From Prochlorococcus marinus str. NATL2A (lineage in GTDB: Bacteria > Cyanobacteriota > Cyanobacteriia > PCC-6307 > Cyanobiaceae), in NCBI RefSeq assembly GCF_000012465.1, contig NC_007335.2, positions 1,230,001 to 1,262,000 of the forward strand: 32,000 nt of DNA, read 5' to 3'. Every line of letters starts with the position of its first letter. The first letter of the stretch is position 1. Below the pieces are notes generated by a model. The model saw nothing but the letters and a program-made list of their open reading frames with translations. It ran no database searches and had not been told where the DNA came from. The position numbers were made by a program, and so were the translations under genes. Positions 8,698 to 17,682 of this stretch are shown here, in pieces.

Positions 8698-9696
8698 ATG
8701 TTAAACGGAGAATGGGACGTATTAATATCAAAATTCAGAAATCTAGGAGGGGTCGCAGACAATATTTGCCAAAGAGACGGGAGTAAAGGCAGAGGTATTT
8801 TCCCAATCAAGGAGGGACTTAAGTCAAAAATCTTTACTCCTTCAAATTTAATAATTAAAAAGGATGATATTTTCTTAGACAATGGGAACGTGAGAATTAA
8901 AGAAGAAAAGAAAGAATACAATAATGAAACAAGGGAATTTTTTAATTATTATCAAGATAATTTTTCCTGGGGTGGAGGAGGCAGGGAAAATACAGAAGCT
9001 TTTGAGAATTCTCTAAGTCTATTTTCGTCGGAATTAAAGTCTTTACTTAAAGATAATAGATTAGTTGATATTGATCAAAGGCATAAAGGATCATGGAAAG
9101 ATGTAATATTGAGCCAATTTCTTTATGCAAGAGAATTTAACTTCAAAAACAAATTACAAATTGTTCCACTTTTAGAATTAGTTAATCATGATGTAATCTC
9201 ATTTCAATTCTATAAATCTGCCAAAGGTATTAGCAGCCCAAACTATCCACCAAATAATTCAGAATTAACATATACATATGCAAGTAAAGGAAGCCTAAGT
9301 TGCTTTTTTGATTATGGTTTTTTTAGTAAAGAAACAATGGTGTTTTCATTACCTTTTAATCTGCAGATAGAAAACCAAGGAATCACAATCATGTGTAAGG
9401 GTAATGAATTAAGAGATGATATAATCAAAATAAAAAGATCTGGTGAGTCAATACTTATAGACGGTCTTCCAATCGCAGATAGTAATTCACCATCTTTGCC
9501 AGAGGCTTATTTTAAAGAATTACTAAGTCAAATAGGAGAAAAAAATGTTACTATTGATTATTTATATAAAATAAAAAACTTTAATAAATTAATTAGAGAA
9601 AAGTTCTTAGATAATTTAAAATCAAAAAAAGATATAGCCTCCTCAATGTTTTTCAATGCAGTACTTCATGAACTTGATTTGATTTCAAACTTTTGA
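8698..9696 (+). CDS. Hypothetical protein, SET-domain-like (Rubisco-LSMT-type lysine methyltransferase fold suspected)
   Basis: 332-aa ORF. GRGIFP near the N-terminus, LQIVPLLELVNHD and SELTYTYASKGSLSCFFDYGFF resemble the GxG / NH(S/D) / ELxxxY...YGF signature blocks of SET domains. The call rests on motif memory only. Confidence 0.5.
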   Translation: MLNGEWDVLISKFRNLGGVADNICQRDGSKGRGIFPIKEGLKSKIFTPSNLIIKKDDIFLDNGNVRIKEEKKEYNNETREFFNYYQDNFSWGGGGRENTEAFENSLSLFSSELKSLLKDNRLVDIDQRHKGSWKDVILSQFLYAREFNFKNKLQIVPLLELVNHDVISFQFYKSAKGISSPNYPPNNSELTYTYASKGSLSCFFDYGFFSKETMVFSLPFNLQIENQGITIMCKGNELRDDIIKIKRSGESILIDGLPIADSNSPSLPEAYFKELLSQIGEKNVTIDYLYKIKNFNKLIREKFLDNLKSKKDIASSMFFNAVLHELDLISNF

Positions 9697-10637
9697 TTAA
9701 GAGAAAATGATCCAATTATTGACCATGGCCTTATTTTCATTATTTTCTTAGTACATTCAATCGCTTCTTCTTTCTTTCCAATAAATCTTAATATGTTGCC
9801 TAAATTATAATACGCCTCCACATAATCATCTTTTAGCTCTATAGCCTTTCTTGTTGAAGCTTCAGCTTCCAAAGGTTTGTCAAGATTTTTCAAAATTATA
9901 CCCAAGCTATTGTAGGCCTGTGGAAAAGAAGGTTGTATGGAAATAGCCTTTTTAACGGAAGATTCAGCTTCAGAATCTTTACCCAATTCCATATAAATTC
10001 TAGATAGATTAAAATGTGCGATAGAAGAGTTTGGGTCTAGTTTGATTGCTTTTTTTATGGATGATTCTGCTTCTGAGAAATTAGATAGATCCATATGGAC
10101 AGAGCAAAGGTTAAGGTATGCCTCTATTAAATTAGGATTAATAAGAATCGCTTTCTGAAGTGACATTATTGCTTTCGATAATATTCGAAGACCAATAAAT
10201 ATTAATCCTAAGTTAAAATGATAATCTGCGACATCTGGTTTTATATTAATTGCCTTCTCTATGGAAAACTGTGCCTCCTCTAACTTACCTTGGGATCTTA
10301 AAATATCGGATATAATTGCATGAGATTCTGGGTTATCAGGATATCGATCTGTTGATTTAATAAGAAGATCTAAAGCTTCATTTTCTCTCAGTGATTCTTT
10401 GCATAATATTGCATAATTTGAATAGACTTTTGGATCATTGAATCCTTTACTTATAAATTTTTTATAATATTTTTCGGCAGTTTTAAGATCCCCTTTAGAA
10501 TGGTTTTCGAATGCTTGGGCAATAAGCTTGTTTCTTAACAAATTATTTTTTTTGCTATTACGCTTATTTTTAGACTTATCTTTCATTTCACTAAATCCTA
10601 CCATACTCTTATTTTGATTTATTTTTTTATCATACAC
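9666..10637 (-). CDS. Tetratricopeptide (TPR) repeat protein
   Basis: 323-aa ORF with about seven consecutive 34-aa A..Y.NLG......(A/S)E.....KAI...P units (e.g. AHFNLSRIYMELGKDSEAESSVKKAISIQPSFPQAYNSLGIILKNLDKPLEAEASTRKAIELKDDYVEAYYNLGNIL). Its 3' end overlaps the 8698..9696 gene by 31 nt. The start could instead be the second Met, 11 codons downstream. Confidence 0.85.
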   Translation of the reverse strand: MYDKKINQNKSMVGFSEMKDKSKNKRNSKKNNLLRNKLIAQAFENHSKGDLKTAEKYYKKFISKGFNDPKVYSNYAILCKESLRENEALDLLIKSTDRYPDNPESHAIISDILRSQGKLEEAQFSIEKAINIKPDVADYHFNLGLIFIGLRILSKAIMSLQKAILINPNLIEAYLNLCSVHMDLSNFSEAESSIKKAIKLDPNSSIAHFNLSRIYMELGKDSEAESSVKKAISIQPSFPQAYNSLGIILKNLDKPLEAEASTRKAIELKDDYVEAYYNLGNILRFIGKKEEAIECTKKIMKIRPWSIIGSFSLNQKFEIKSSS

Positions 10638-11084
10638 TACTCTAAGGATAAGAGGACATTAAATAATTCAATAAGAATTTATTCATTGTAGGAATAAAAC
10701 TAGAGCTAGAAGATTAAAAATATTGATAAATTAATATCACCATAAATAATTTTGAAAAGTACCAAAGCTCTAAAACGATTTGCTTTTTATAGTTATCCAA
10801 ATCAAATCTGATCCATAGGTCATGATTAAATCTATAACAAAGAAAAAATGAGATTAACTATACAAATCAAGTCAGGTTGATATTGAGTAAGTAATCGAAC
10901 ATAAATCCTAGATAAAAAACATATAGTTGATTCGAGAGATAGACGAGTCAGCTCAATCTTAAGAAGTCTTTGATTAACAAAATCAACTTAGTCTCAAACT
11001 CTTCAATATATAAACCTGAAAGGATCTAAAGACAATAATCAAAAATTATTGTTATTATATAATTAATAATCTAGATACCTTTTT

Positions 11085-12440
11085 ATGAGTTCCTCAGCGC
11101 CTACCTTTACTATAAAAAATATATCTGATTCATCTTTATCTAATATTTTTTCTAAAGAACTTGATATTTTTGGACTAAAGGTTTTTGCAACAAGTGGTAC
11201 TTCTGATGAAGATATTATTCATGCTGGAAAAATATACGCTGAATATTTAGATAATAACAAAGATGGCATAGTAGACGATTCATTAGTCCTAGAAAAAATG
11301 ATCGCAAGTAAGGCTGTTTTAGGTATGACTAAAGATCAAAATGAAACAGACTCGTTAGATTTTGCCAGTCTTGAAAATTTAGGTTATCAAGTTCAAGATC
11401 TAAACGGAGTAGAAACAATTCAAAATTCATCAGAAATCAATAAATTTGATGCAACTTTAGAAGAAGTACTTCATCTGATTACAGACTATGGATATGGTAT
11501 GGCTTATTCAGAAGCATTTGCAACAAATCAGTTTCAAGGTTCTTTCTCTATAAATAATTCCTCATTATTAACTGAAGCAATGGATACTGCAAGAGGAGGC
11601 AAATTTCTAACGATTCCAACCTCCTACCCCTCATCAGCTTGGTACACGTTTTACGATGATACGGCAGATTATTCTACTCAAGCAACAGAATATTTTTATT
11701 GGGGGCTTACTTCAATATTAGGAGCCCAAAATTTTCCTGGTAGATATGAAGAAATAAAATCAGAATGGAAGTTAAATACAGCAGAGAAAGTAAAGGAAAC
11801 TGATTCTAAATTATATAATTTATTAACAGACTCTAAATATTCATTACCAACTAATATTCCTGATGGTAATTACTCAATAATTAGCAATTTAAAAACTTAT
11901 AACGGGGCTTTTAATGAATACACTTTTATCAATCAAGGAAATGATCAATATGGAATCAAGTTAGATTCTTCTTCAACAATAGACTCTTTAACTGGTCTTT
12001 CCACAGTTAAGTTTTCAGATAAGTCGGTCGATATCAATAAAGATGTTATTGGTACATTCAATCAAGTTACAGGGAAAGATGATGTCACTGGACGTATGTT
12101 TCGCCTATACAACGCTGCCTTTGCTCGTTTCCCTGATGCCGATGGTCTCAAATATTGGATCGATAAAAACGCTTCTGGAGAAAATAGCAATCGGGTGGTA
12201 GCTCAATCCTTTTTAGCTTCTGCTGAATTCGCTGAGCGTTATGGCAGTAATGTGACCAATGAGAAGTACGTCGAAACTCTTTATACAAATGTTTTAGGTC
12301 GAAACTCAGATATAGCTGGTTACAACTACTGGGTAGGCAATCTTAATAATGGCATCGAAACTCGATATGAAGCTCTCCTAGGTTTTGCTGAGTCAACAGA
12401 AAATAAAACTCTCTTTAGTGAAGTCACAGGCATAAATTAA
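11085..12440 (+). CDS. DUF4214-tagged protein with unknown ~230-aa N-terminal domain
   Basis: 451-aa ORF. The C-terminus is YTFINQGNDQYGIKLD..LTGLSTVKFSDK + MFRLYNAAFARFPDADGLKYWI... + LYTNVLGRNSDIAGYNYWVGNLNNG...LLGFAESTENKTLFSEVTGIN. The N-terminal domain is alignable by eye with the middle of 18028..19893 (LDIFGLKVFATSG / LDVYGLRLFAHGA; LEEVLHLITDYG / LEHLLHTFTDFA). Confidence 0.85.
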   Translation: MSSSAPTFTIKNISDSSLSNIFSKELDIFGLKVFATSGTSDEDIIHAGKIYAEYLDNNKDGIVDDSLVLEKMIASKAVLGMTKDQNETDSLDFASLENLGYQVQDLNGVETIQNSSEINKFDATLEEVLHLITDYGYGMAYSEAFATNQFQGSFSINNSSLLTEAMDTARGGKFLTIPTSYPSSAWYTFYDDTADYSTQATEYFYWGLTSILGAQNFPGRYEEIKSEWKLNTAEKVKETDSKLYNLLTDSKYSLPTNIPDGNYSIISNLKTYNGAFNEYTFINQGNDQYGIKLDSSSTIDSLTGLSTVKFSDKSVDINKDVIGTFNQVTGKDDVTGRMFRLYNAAFARFPDADGLKYWIDKNASGENSNRVVAQSFLASAEFAERYGSNVTNEKYVETLYTNVLGRNSDIAGYNYWVGNLNNGIETRYEALLGFAESTENKTLFSEVTGIN

Positions 12441-12523
12441 GAACAACAGTGGTAGATATATAAAATCTAGACTATCTAGTATAAAATAAATTAATACAAA
12501 GATAGGTAATAAAAAAAGGTCTA

Positions 12524-14626
12524 ATGACTCATGAACTCCATAAACCTAAGCCGGTCGAACTCGATCAAGCAAAAAACGATGATGACTTAAAATATGTGCC
12601 TGTATGGCAAGGTTTAGGGGATCGTGAAACACCTCCAAAAGGGTCAGTTCAATATCAAGAGGTTCTTGAGGCATTAGGAAAAGATGCCGATGAAGAACTT
12701 GCAGAGGATTTTGATTACACAGATTATTTGGCTTCTACAGGGCAAATAGTCTTTTCAGAGGATGATCCACGAGCTCAAAAATATGCCGATAACGAAAACT
12801 ATCAAGCCGCAGCTAATAGCCAAGTAGCTGAGGCTTTTAAAGGCAATGCTGAAAGGGAGAAGGAGAGAGAAGCAGAACAAATTCGAATTGAAAAAGATAA
12901 GGACTTAAAATATGTGCCTGTATGGCAAGGCGAAGGTGATGTTACTCGTATAATACCTACAAAAGGTAGTAATGAATATCAAGAGATTCTTGAGGAATTA
13001 GGAAAAAACCCCGATGAAGAACTTTCAGAGGATTTTGATTACACAGATTATTTGGCTTCTACAGGGCAAATAGTCTTTTCAGAGGATGATCCACGAGCTC
13101 AAAAATATGCTGATAATGAAAACTATCAAGCCGCAGCTAATAGCCGAGTAGCTGAGGCTTTTAAAGGAAATGCTGAAAGAGAGAAGGAGAGAGAAGCAGA
13201 ACAACTACGAATTGAAAAAGATAAGGACTTAAAATATGTGCCTGTATGGCAAGGTTTAGGGGATCGTGAAACACCTCCAAAAGGGTCAGTTCAATATCAA
13301 GAGGTTCTTGAGGCATTAGGAAAAGATGCCGATGAAGAACTTGCAGAGGATTTTGATTACACAGATTATTTGGCTTCTACAGGGCAAATAGTCTTTTCAG
13401 AGGATGATCCACGAGCTCAAAAATATGCTGATAATGAAAACTATCAAGCCGCAGCTAATAGCCGAGTAGCTGAGGCTTTTAAAGGAAATGCTGAAAGAGA
13501 GAAGGAGAGAGAAGCAGAACAACTACGAATTGAAAAAGATAAGGACTTAAAATATGTGCCTGTATGGATTAGTCCGACTGAGGAACGTGAAGCACCTCCA
13601 AAAAATTCAACTCAATATATTGAGATTCTTGCGGAATTAGGAATTGAAGAACTTGAAGAGGATTTTGATTACACAGATTACTTGGCTTCAACAGGGCAAA
13701 TAGTTTTCGCAGATTACGATCCACGAGCTGAAAAGTATGCAGAGAACGAAAATTATCAAGCCGCAGCTAATAGCCGAGTAGCTGATGCTTTTCATGTCAA
13801 AGCCGAAAAAGAAAGGGGTAAATATATCGATCCTAACGGCGGTATAATAAAGGCAATCTATATAGAAACCCCTCCCAAAGACATCCCCATAGAAGGAACA
13901 GATGAGTATAAGCTTTTATTGTGGGAGATAGGAGTTGACCCTGATTCTGGAGTTATCCCAGAAGACTTTGATTATAAAGAACATATTGCTAAAACTCGCA
14001 GGCCAAAAGATTATCCAGATTGGCTCGATCCTGTAGAAGATATTGATGATCGTTGGGTTGATCCACTTAAACTCAATACATCTAAAACTTTTGAAAAAGA
14101 ATTTGAGGAATACCAATTCTTCAGAAGAAGTGATGGATCCTTCGAGATCAAAACAGAAGAAGGTTTTGATGACATAACTGGTATTCCCAAGCTTCAATTT
14201 GCTGATAAAGCTGTTAGTGCCATTGCTGAAATAGAAGCAACCTTTAATCAAGTCACAGCCAAAGAAGACCATACAGGTCAAATGTTCCGTCTGTATAACG
14301 CTGCCTTCAATCGATTTCCTGATTCTGATGGACTTGAGTACTGGATTGAAAAAAATGGATCAGGAGAAAACACTGAAAGACAAGTAGCAGAGTCATTCTT
14401 AGCATCTAATGAATTCAAAGGAAAATATGGAGAAAACATCTCAAATGAACAATATGTAAAAACTCTCTATCAAAATATTCTTGACCGAGAATCAGATACA
14501 GAGGGATATAACTATTGGGTTGGACAACTAAATAATGGAGTAGAAGATAGGAGTGAACTTCTTTTAGGGTTTGCTGAATCAGCTGAAAATAAATCACTCT
14601 TTACTGAAATGACTGGTTTTGAATAA
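12524..14626 (+). CDS. DUF4214-tagged protein with four tandem ~106-aa modules of unknown function
   Basis: 700-aa ORF. It has four copies of DLKYVPVW...PPKGS.QYQE.LE.LG...EDFDYTDYLASTGQIVFSEDDPRAQKYADNENYQAAANS...EREKEREAEQ, one degenerate copy, and then the constant C-terminal module ending LLGFAESAENKSLFTEMTGFE. Confidence 0.9.
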   Translation: MTHELHKPKPVELDQAKNDDDLKYVPVWQGLGDRETPPKGSVQYQEVLEALGKDADEELAEDFDYTDYLASTGQIVFSEDDPRAQKYADNENYQAAANSQVAEAFKGNAEREKEREAEQIRIEKDKDLKYVPVWQGEGDVTRIIPTKGSNEYQEILEELGKNPDEELSEDFDYTDYLASTGQIVFSEDDPRAQKYADNENYQAAANSRVAEAFKGNAEREKEREAEQLRIEKDKDLKYVPVWQGLGDRETPPKGSVQYQEVLEALGKDADEELAEDFDYTDYLASTGQIVFSEDDPRAQKYADNENYQAAANSRVAEAFKGNAEREKEREAEQLRIEKDKDLKYVPVWISPTEEREAPPKNSTQYIEILAELGIEELEEDFDYTDYLASTGQIVFADYDPRAEKYAENENYQAAANSRVADAFHVKAEKERGKYIDPNGGIIKAIYIETPPKDIPIEGTDEYKLLLWEIGVDPDSGVIPEDFDYKEHIAKTRRPKDYPDWLDPVEDIDDRWVDPLKLNTSKTFEKEFEEYQFFRRSDGSFEIKTEEGFDDITGIPKLQFADKAVSAIAEIEATFNQVTAKEDHTGQMFRLYNAAFNRFPDSDGLEYWIEKNGSGENTERQVAESFLASNEFKGKYGENISNEQYVKTLYQNILDRESDTEGYNYWVGQLNNGVEDRSELLLGFAESAENKSLFTEMTGFE
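12584..13810. repeat. 318/324/318-nt tandem coding repeats (4 copies, the first three nearly identical in long stretches)
   Basis: gacttaaaatatgtgcc recurs at 12584, 12902, 13226 and 13544. Long stretches of copies 1 and 3 are identical at the DNA level. Confidence 0.9.
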
Positions 14627-14948
14627 CCAATGAAAACCTTCTTGCTTCTTGCTCTACCAACGACATTTCTCTTTCCTACTCCATAACAACCTGACACCAA
14701 TCATTTTGGTGCAGGAGGAGTCTTCGAATTAGATCTAGATGACAGCGAAATACCTTTGATAGCTAAGCAAGAGAGAGAACAAAATTTATAAAAGAACAGT
14801 TGAACAAAAAAAAGAATAATTATTTAGCTCGGTTTTCTGATTAACTACATATGTCTACTATTGGGATTAGAAAGGAAAAAATATAATCAGAAAATTAAAG
14901 TCAGTTGAGTCGAAATTCTCTTATATTAATGATTAAAGCAACCTTAGA

Positions 14949-16352
14949 ATGTGCTTCATTTGCTCACAATCAGGAGGATTTGAAACAGATATTGCAACAG
15001 TTATCGGACTTGCAAAACATTCTAAGCTGTTGGTGAACAACACAGTCTCAAACGAAAATCAATCAAAGAATTATTTAACTAATCCTCAAAAATCAACTTC
15101 ATTTAAGCCAATAGATCCTAAATATCTGATTATGGGATACGCAGATGGACGAGATGAAATTGCTATTAGAAAAGAATATGCTGGAAGCAATAGGCAGATA
15201 AAAGTTTATTTATCAAATGGTGGAGATGAATTGATAGATATTAATCTTGGAGAATCTGAAAGAAAGAAATACTATTCATTAAAACCTGAAAATTGGCAAA
15301 AGTCATACGTAATTGATTCTCTTGAAAAAATAAATGAATTTATTGATATCGACTTAAAGCTAGTTAGTAAAAAAGATGAAGCTGACTATACAATTGTGAT
15401 ATCTCCTTTAGCCGATAATAACTTTCTCTCAGCAGACCCTGAAAGAGGGAAGAGTGGAAATGTACTGTCTGTAAGTTATCAATCTGGACTGTATACAACT
15501 GAAACTAATTTAGATGTCCTTGATCACACTGATTTCAGCAGAAAGATGCAAAAAGCAACTTTCGTTCATGAACTAGGACACTTACTTGGATTAGAGCACC
15601 CATTTGATTTGATTGATGATGATGTACTTGATCCGTATTATCCAGAAAACTTTTCCTATCTCAGGACTGAACCATTATTTCCTTATGAATTCACACTAAT
15701 GGGGTGGAATGGTAGCTATGTAGACAAAACGAGCTATGAAAATATTTGGTTCAGAAATGCCGATATTAAATCACTAGAAGTTATATGGGATAAATCAAAG
15801 GTTCAATCTTTTTCAGATAAGAGTTATGACTATAAGTTTTACAATCTAGGAAATGATAATTATGGAATCAAAGATGAATCTTCGGAAACGATAGACCCTC
15901 TCACCGGAATAGACCTTTTAAAATTTAATGATCAAAATTTAAATCTTATTAACGACATCAAAGCAACTTTCGATCAAGTCACAGGCTTAAATACAGACTC
16001 AGGGAAAATGTTCCGTCTATATAACGCCTCATTTAAACGTCTACCTGACCCTGATGGACTGCGTTATTGGATTGGTAATTTCAGCTCTGGTAAAGACGAC
16101 GAAAGAGCAGTGGCATCATCTTTTTTAGCCTCTGCTGAATTTAAACAACGTTATGGAGAAAACGTCTCGGATTCAACCTATGTGAATACTCTCTACAAAA
16201 ACGTTCTTGGTAGAGATGCTGATACTGGTGGATTGAATTATTGGTTAGGTCAACTTAATAGCGGAGCAGAAACTCGCTATGAGGTTCTTTTAGGTTTCTC
16301 TGAGTCAGCGGAAAACAAAGGACTGTTTACTGAAATGACTGGGTTCGGTTAA
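14949..16352 (+). CDS. Metzincin-type zinc metalloprotease fused to the DUF4214-type C-terminal module
   Basis: 467-aa ORF. HELGHLLGLEH (15567..15599) fits the HExxHxxGxxH metzincin zinc site. The C-terminus is YKFYNLGNDNYGIKDE..LTGIDLLKFNDQ + MFRLYNASFKRLPDPDGLRYWI... ending LLGFSESAENKGLFTEMTGFG. The start codon is uncertain and there is no signal peptide. Confidence 0.8.
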   Translation: MCFICSQSGGFETDIATVIGLAKHSKLLVNNTVSNENQSKNYLTNPQKSTSFKPIDPKYLIMGYADGRDEIAIRKEYAGSNRQIKVYLSNGGDELIDINLGESERKKYYSLKPENWQKSYVIDSLEKINEFIDIDLKLVSKKDEADYTIVISPLADNNFLSADPERGKSGNVLSVSYQSGLYTTETNLDVLDHTDFSRKMQKATFVHELGHLLGLEHPFDLIDDDVLDPYYPENFSYLRTEPLFPYEFTLMGWNGSYVDKTSYENIWFRNADIKSLEVIWDKSKVQSFSDKSYDYKFYNLGNDNYGIKDESSETIDPLTGIDLLKFNDQNLNLINDIKATFDQVTGLNTDSGKMFRLYNASFKRLPDPDGLRYWIGNFSSGKDDERAVASSFLASAEFKQRYGENVSDSTYVNTLYKNVLGRDADTGGLNYWLGQLNSGAETRYEVLLGFSESAENKGLFTEMTGFG

Positions 16353-16462
16353 AGAACACAACTTTTAGGTCACTTAAAAGACAAAAACACCCTATAAATT
16401 CATTAAAAGTTAGAACAACTTAAGCTGGACACTAAACTTACAGCAATCCTATCCATTTGTAG

Positions 16463-17032
16463 TCATACAAGATTTTTAACCTCCACTGCGTTTAGAAAAG
16501 CTTCATTTAATGGCTCTAAAGAGCTGTTAGTCCAATCAGATAGAGCACTTCTCATGCCACAAGACCCATTCCTATAGGCATCTGTCATTTCTAAACCTGT
16601 TAATACATGATTTCCCAAGAGGAGTTCAAAGACTAGTTCAGGTTGACTATCATAATTACCAAGGCAAGTAGATAATTCTGCTAAAGCATCTTCCATAGAT
16701 AGTTTCTTTTTTATCCGATATAAATCAAACAGTTCTTTAGCCACCTCACCATATTTTTTTGCTCCACTATCAGAAAAAATAGTATTACTTTGCGTCGAGT
16801 TTTCTTCTTTATCAGAATGGAAATTATCTTTTAAATTCAGCAGTTTTTCTATTCTTAAGAGTCTCTGTTCAAGGATATCAATATCACTGGTTGCTTGAAT
16901 AGAACTTCGTTCTAACAGCTCAGAAACAAAAGCTGTTAGCGTTTTCCCACTCTTTATTGCCTTAGCCTTCACTTTAAGCAGGAGTTGCGGATCAATCTTG
17001 ATATTCAACTGAGACTTGTCTTCACTCTTCAT
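16463..17032 (-). CDS. Ribbon-helix-helix (CopG/Arc/MetJ-like) domain protein with uncharacterised C-terminal domain
   Basis: 189-aa ORF. The N-terminus LNIKIDPQLLLKVKAKAIKSGKTLTAFVSELLERS has the beta-strand/helix/helix pattern of RHH DNA-binding proteins. I do not recognise the remainder. Confidence 0.6.
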   Translation of the reverse strand: MKSEDKSQLNIKIDPQLLLKVKAKAIKSGKTLTAFVSELLERSSIQATSDIDILEQRLLRIEKLLNLKDNFHSDKEENSTQSNTIFSDSGAKKYGEVAKELFDLYRIKKKLSMEDALAELSTCLGNYDSQPELVFELLLGNHVLTGLEMTDAYRNGSCGMRSALSDWTNSSLEPLNEAFLNAVEVKNLV

Positions 17033-17223
17033 CTTCTTTTTATATTTCTTCTAGTATATCTATATTTTCTCAATAAAAATCAATTCCTTCCAGTCAGGAT
17101 CAAATCATTTTCTATGATTTATCAATTAAGGACTTCGCCAACAAAACGTGCTTAAAAGCTAAAACAAAGTTAGAATAGAAGCCTATTGAGAATACTGAGA
17201 ATCATTGGTATAACTTAACTGCC

Positions 17224-17245
17224 ATACGTTGAATAAAAACTCCAT
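17224..17245 (+). repeat. Copy 1 of the ychF 3'-end core (att-like), 22/22 match
   Basis: atacgttgaataaaaactccat is identical to 24552..24573. Confidence 0.9.
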
Positions 17246-17488
17246 CCAGACAAGTCATAACAACTAATTACAGCTAAATTTTAGGGTTAGACCAAATCGC
17301 TAAAAGTTAGACGGTTGTGAGAAATCTTGATATACGACCAAGATCTAAAAGTGAACATGAGAAATATATTCGCTAGTTTCTTTAGCCTTAGATCAAATCA
17401 TTAAGTTGATAAGTTCTTAATATTTGTTGCCTATTAAACAAAGCTCAGCTAGAAAAAGTAACATCAAATACATTCTTGGCTTCGACCC

Positions 17489-17626
17489 ATGATCAATGAG
17501 AACCTTGTAGAGATCCTTCTCGCTGCGATTCTTATCTCAAATACCTATGACAAGGATCAGCCTGTAATTAAATGGGGTGGAATAGTAATAGCCGTTGCTG
17601 GGATAGCTTCAGCTTTATTTGGTTAA
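17489..17626 (+). CDS. Small hydrophobic protein (45 aa), hypothetical
   Basis: Below the track cut-off. The hand-translated product is MINENLVEILLAAILISNTYDKDQPVIKWGGIVIAVAGIASALFG, with two hydrophobic segments. A clean terminator follows at 17683..17707. It is the only ORF in the 0.6-kb unit between core copies 1 and 2. Confidence 0.4.
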   Translation: MINENLVEILLAAILISNTYDKDQPVIKWGGIVIAVAGIASALFG

Positions 17627-17682
17627 CAATTAAAGCCCTTTTATTTTGGAATAATTCAAATAAATCAAAATTCTTTATATGA

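Noticed and set aside
8616-8921. 101-aa minus-strand ORF overlapping the start of 8698..9696
   Set aside because: The product is low-complexity, Ile/Phe/Ser-rich and AT-driven, with no recognisable features. It overlaps the better-supported SET-like ORF.
14655-14700. Possible fifth, degenerate ychF-core copy (..ctttcctactccataacaacctgacacc resembles ..aaaaactcc..caagtcataacaac)
   Set aside because: Only the ACTCC and ATAACAAC fragments match. There are no TGGTATGACT or GTTAGA arm motifs nearby, so the similarity is too weak to call by eye.
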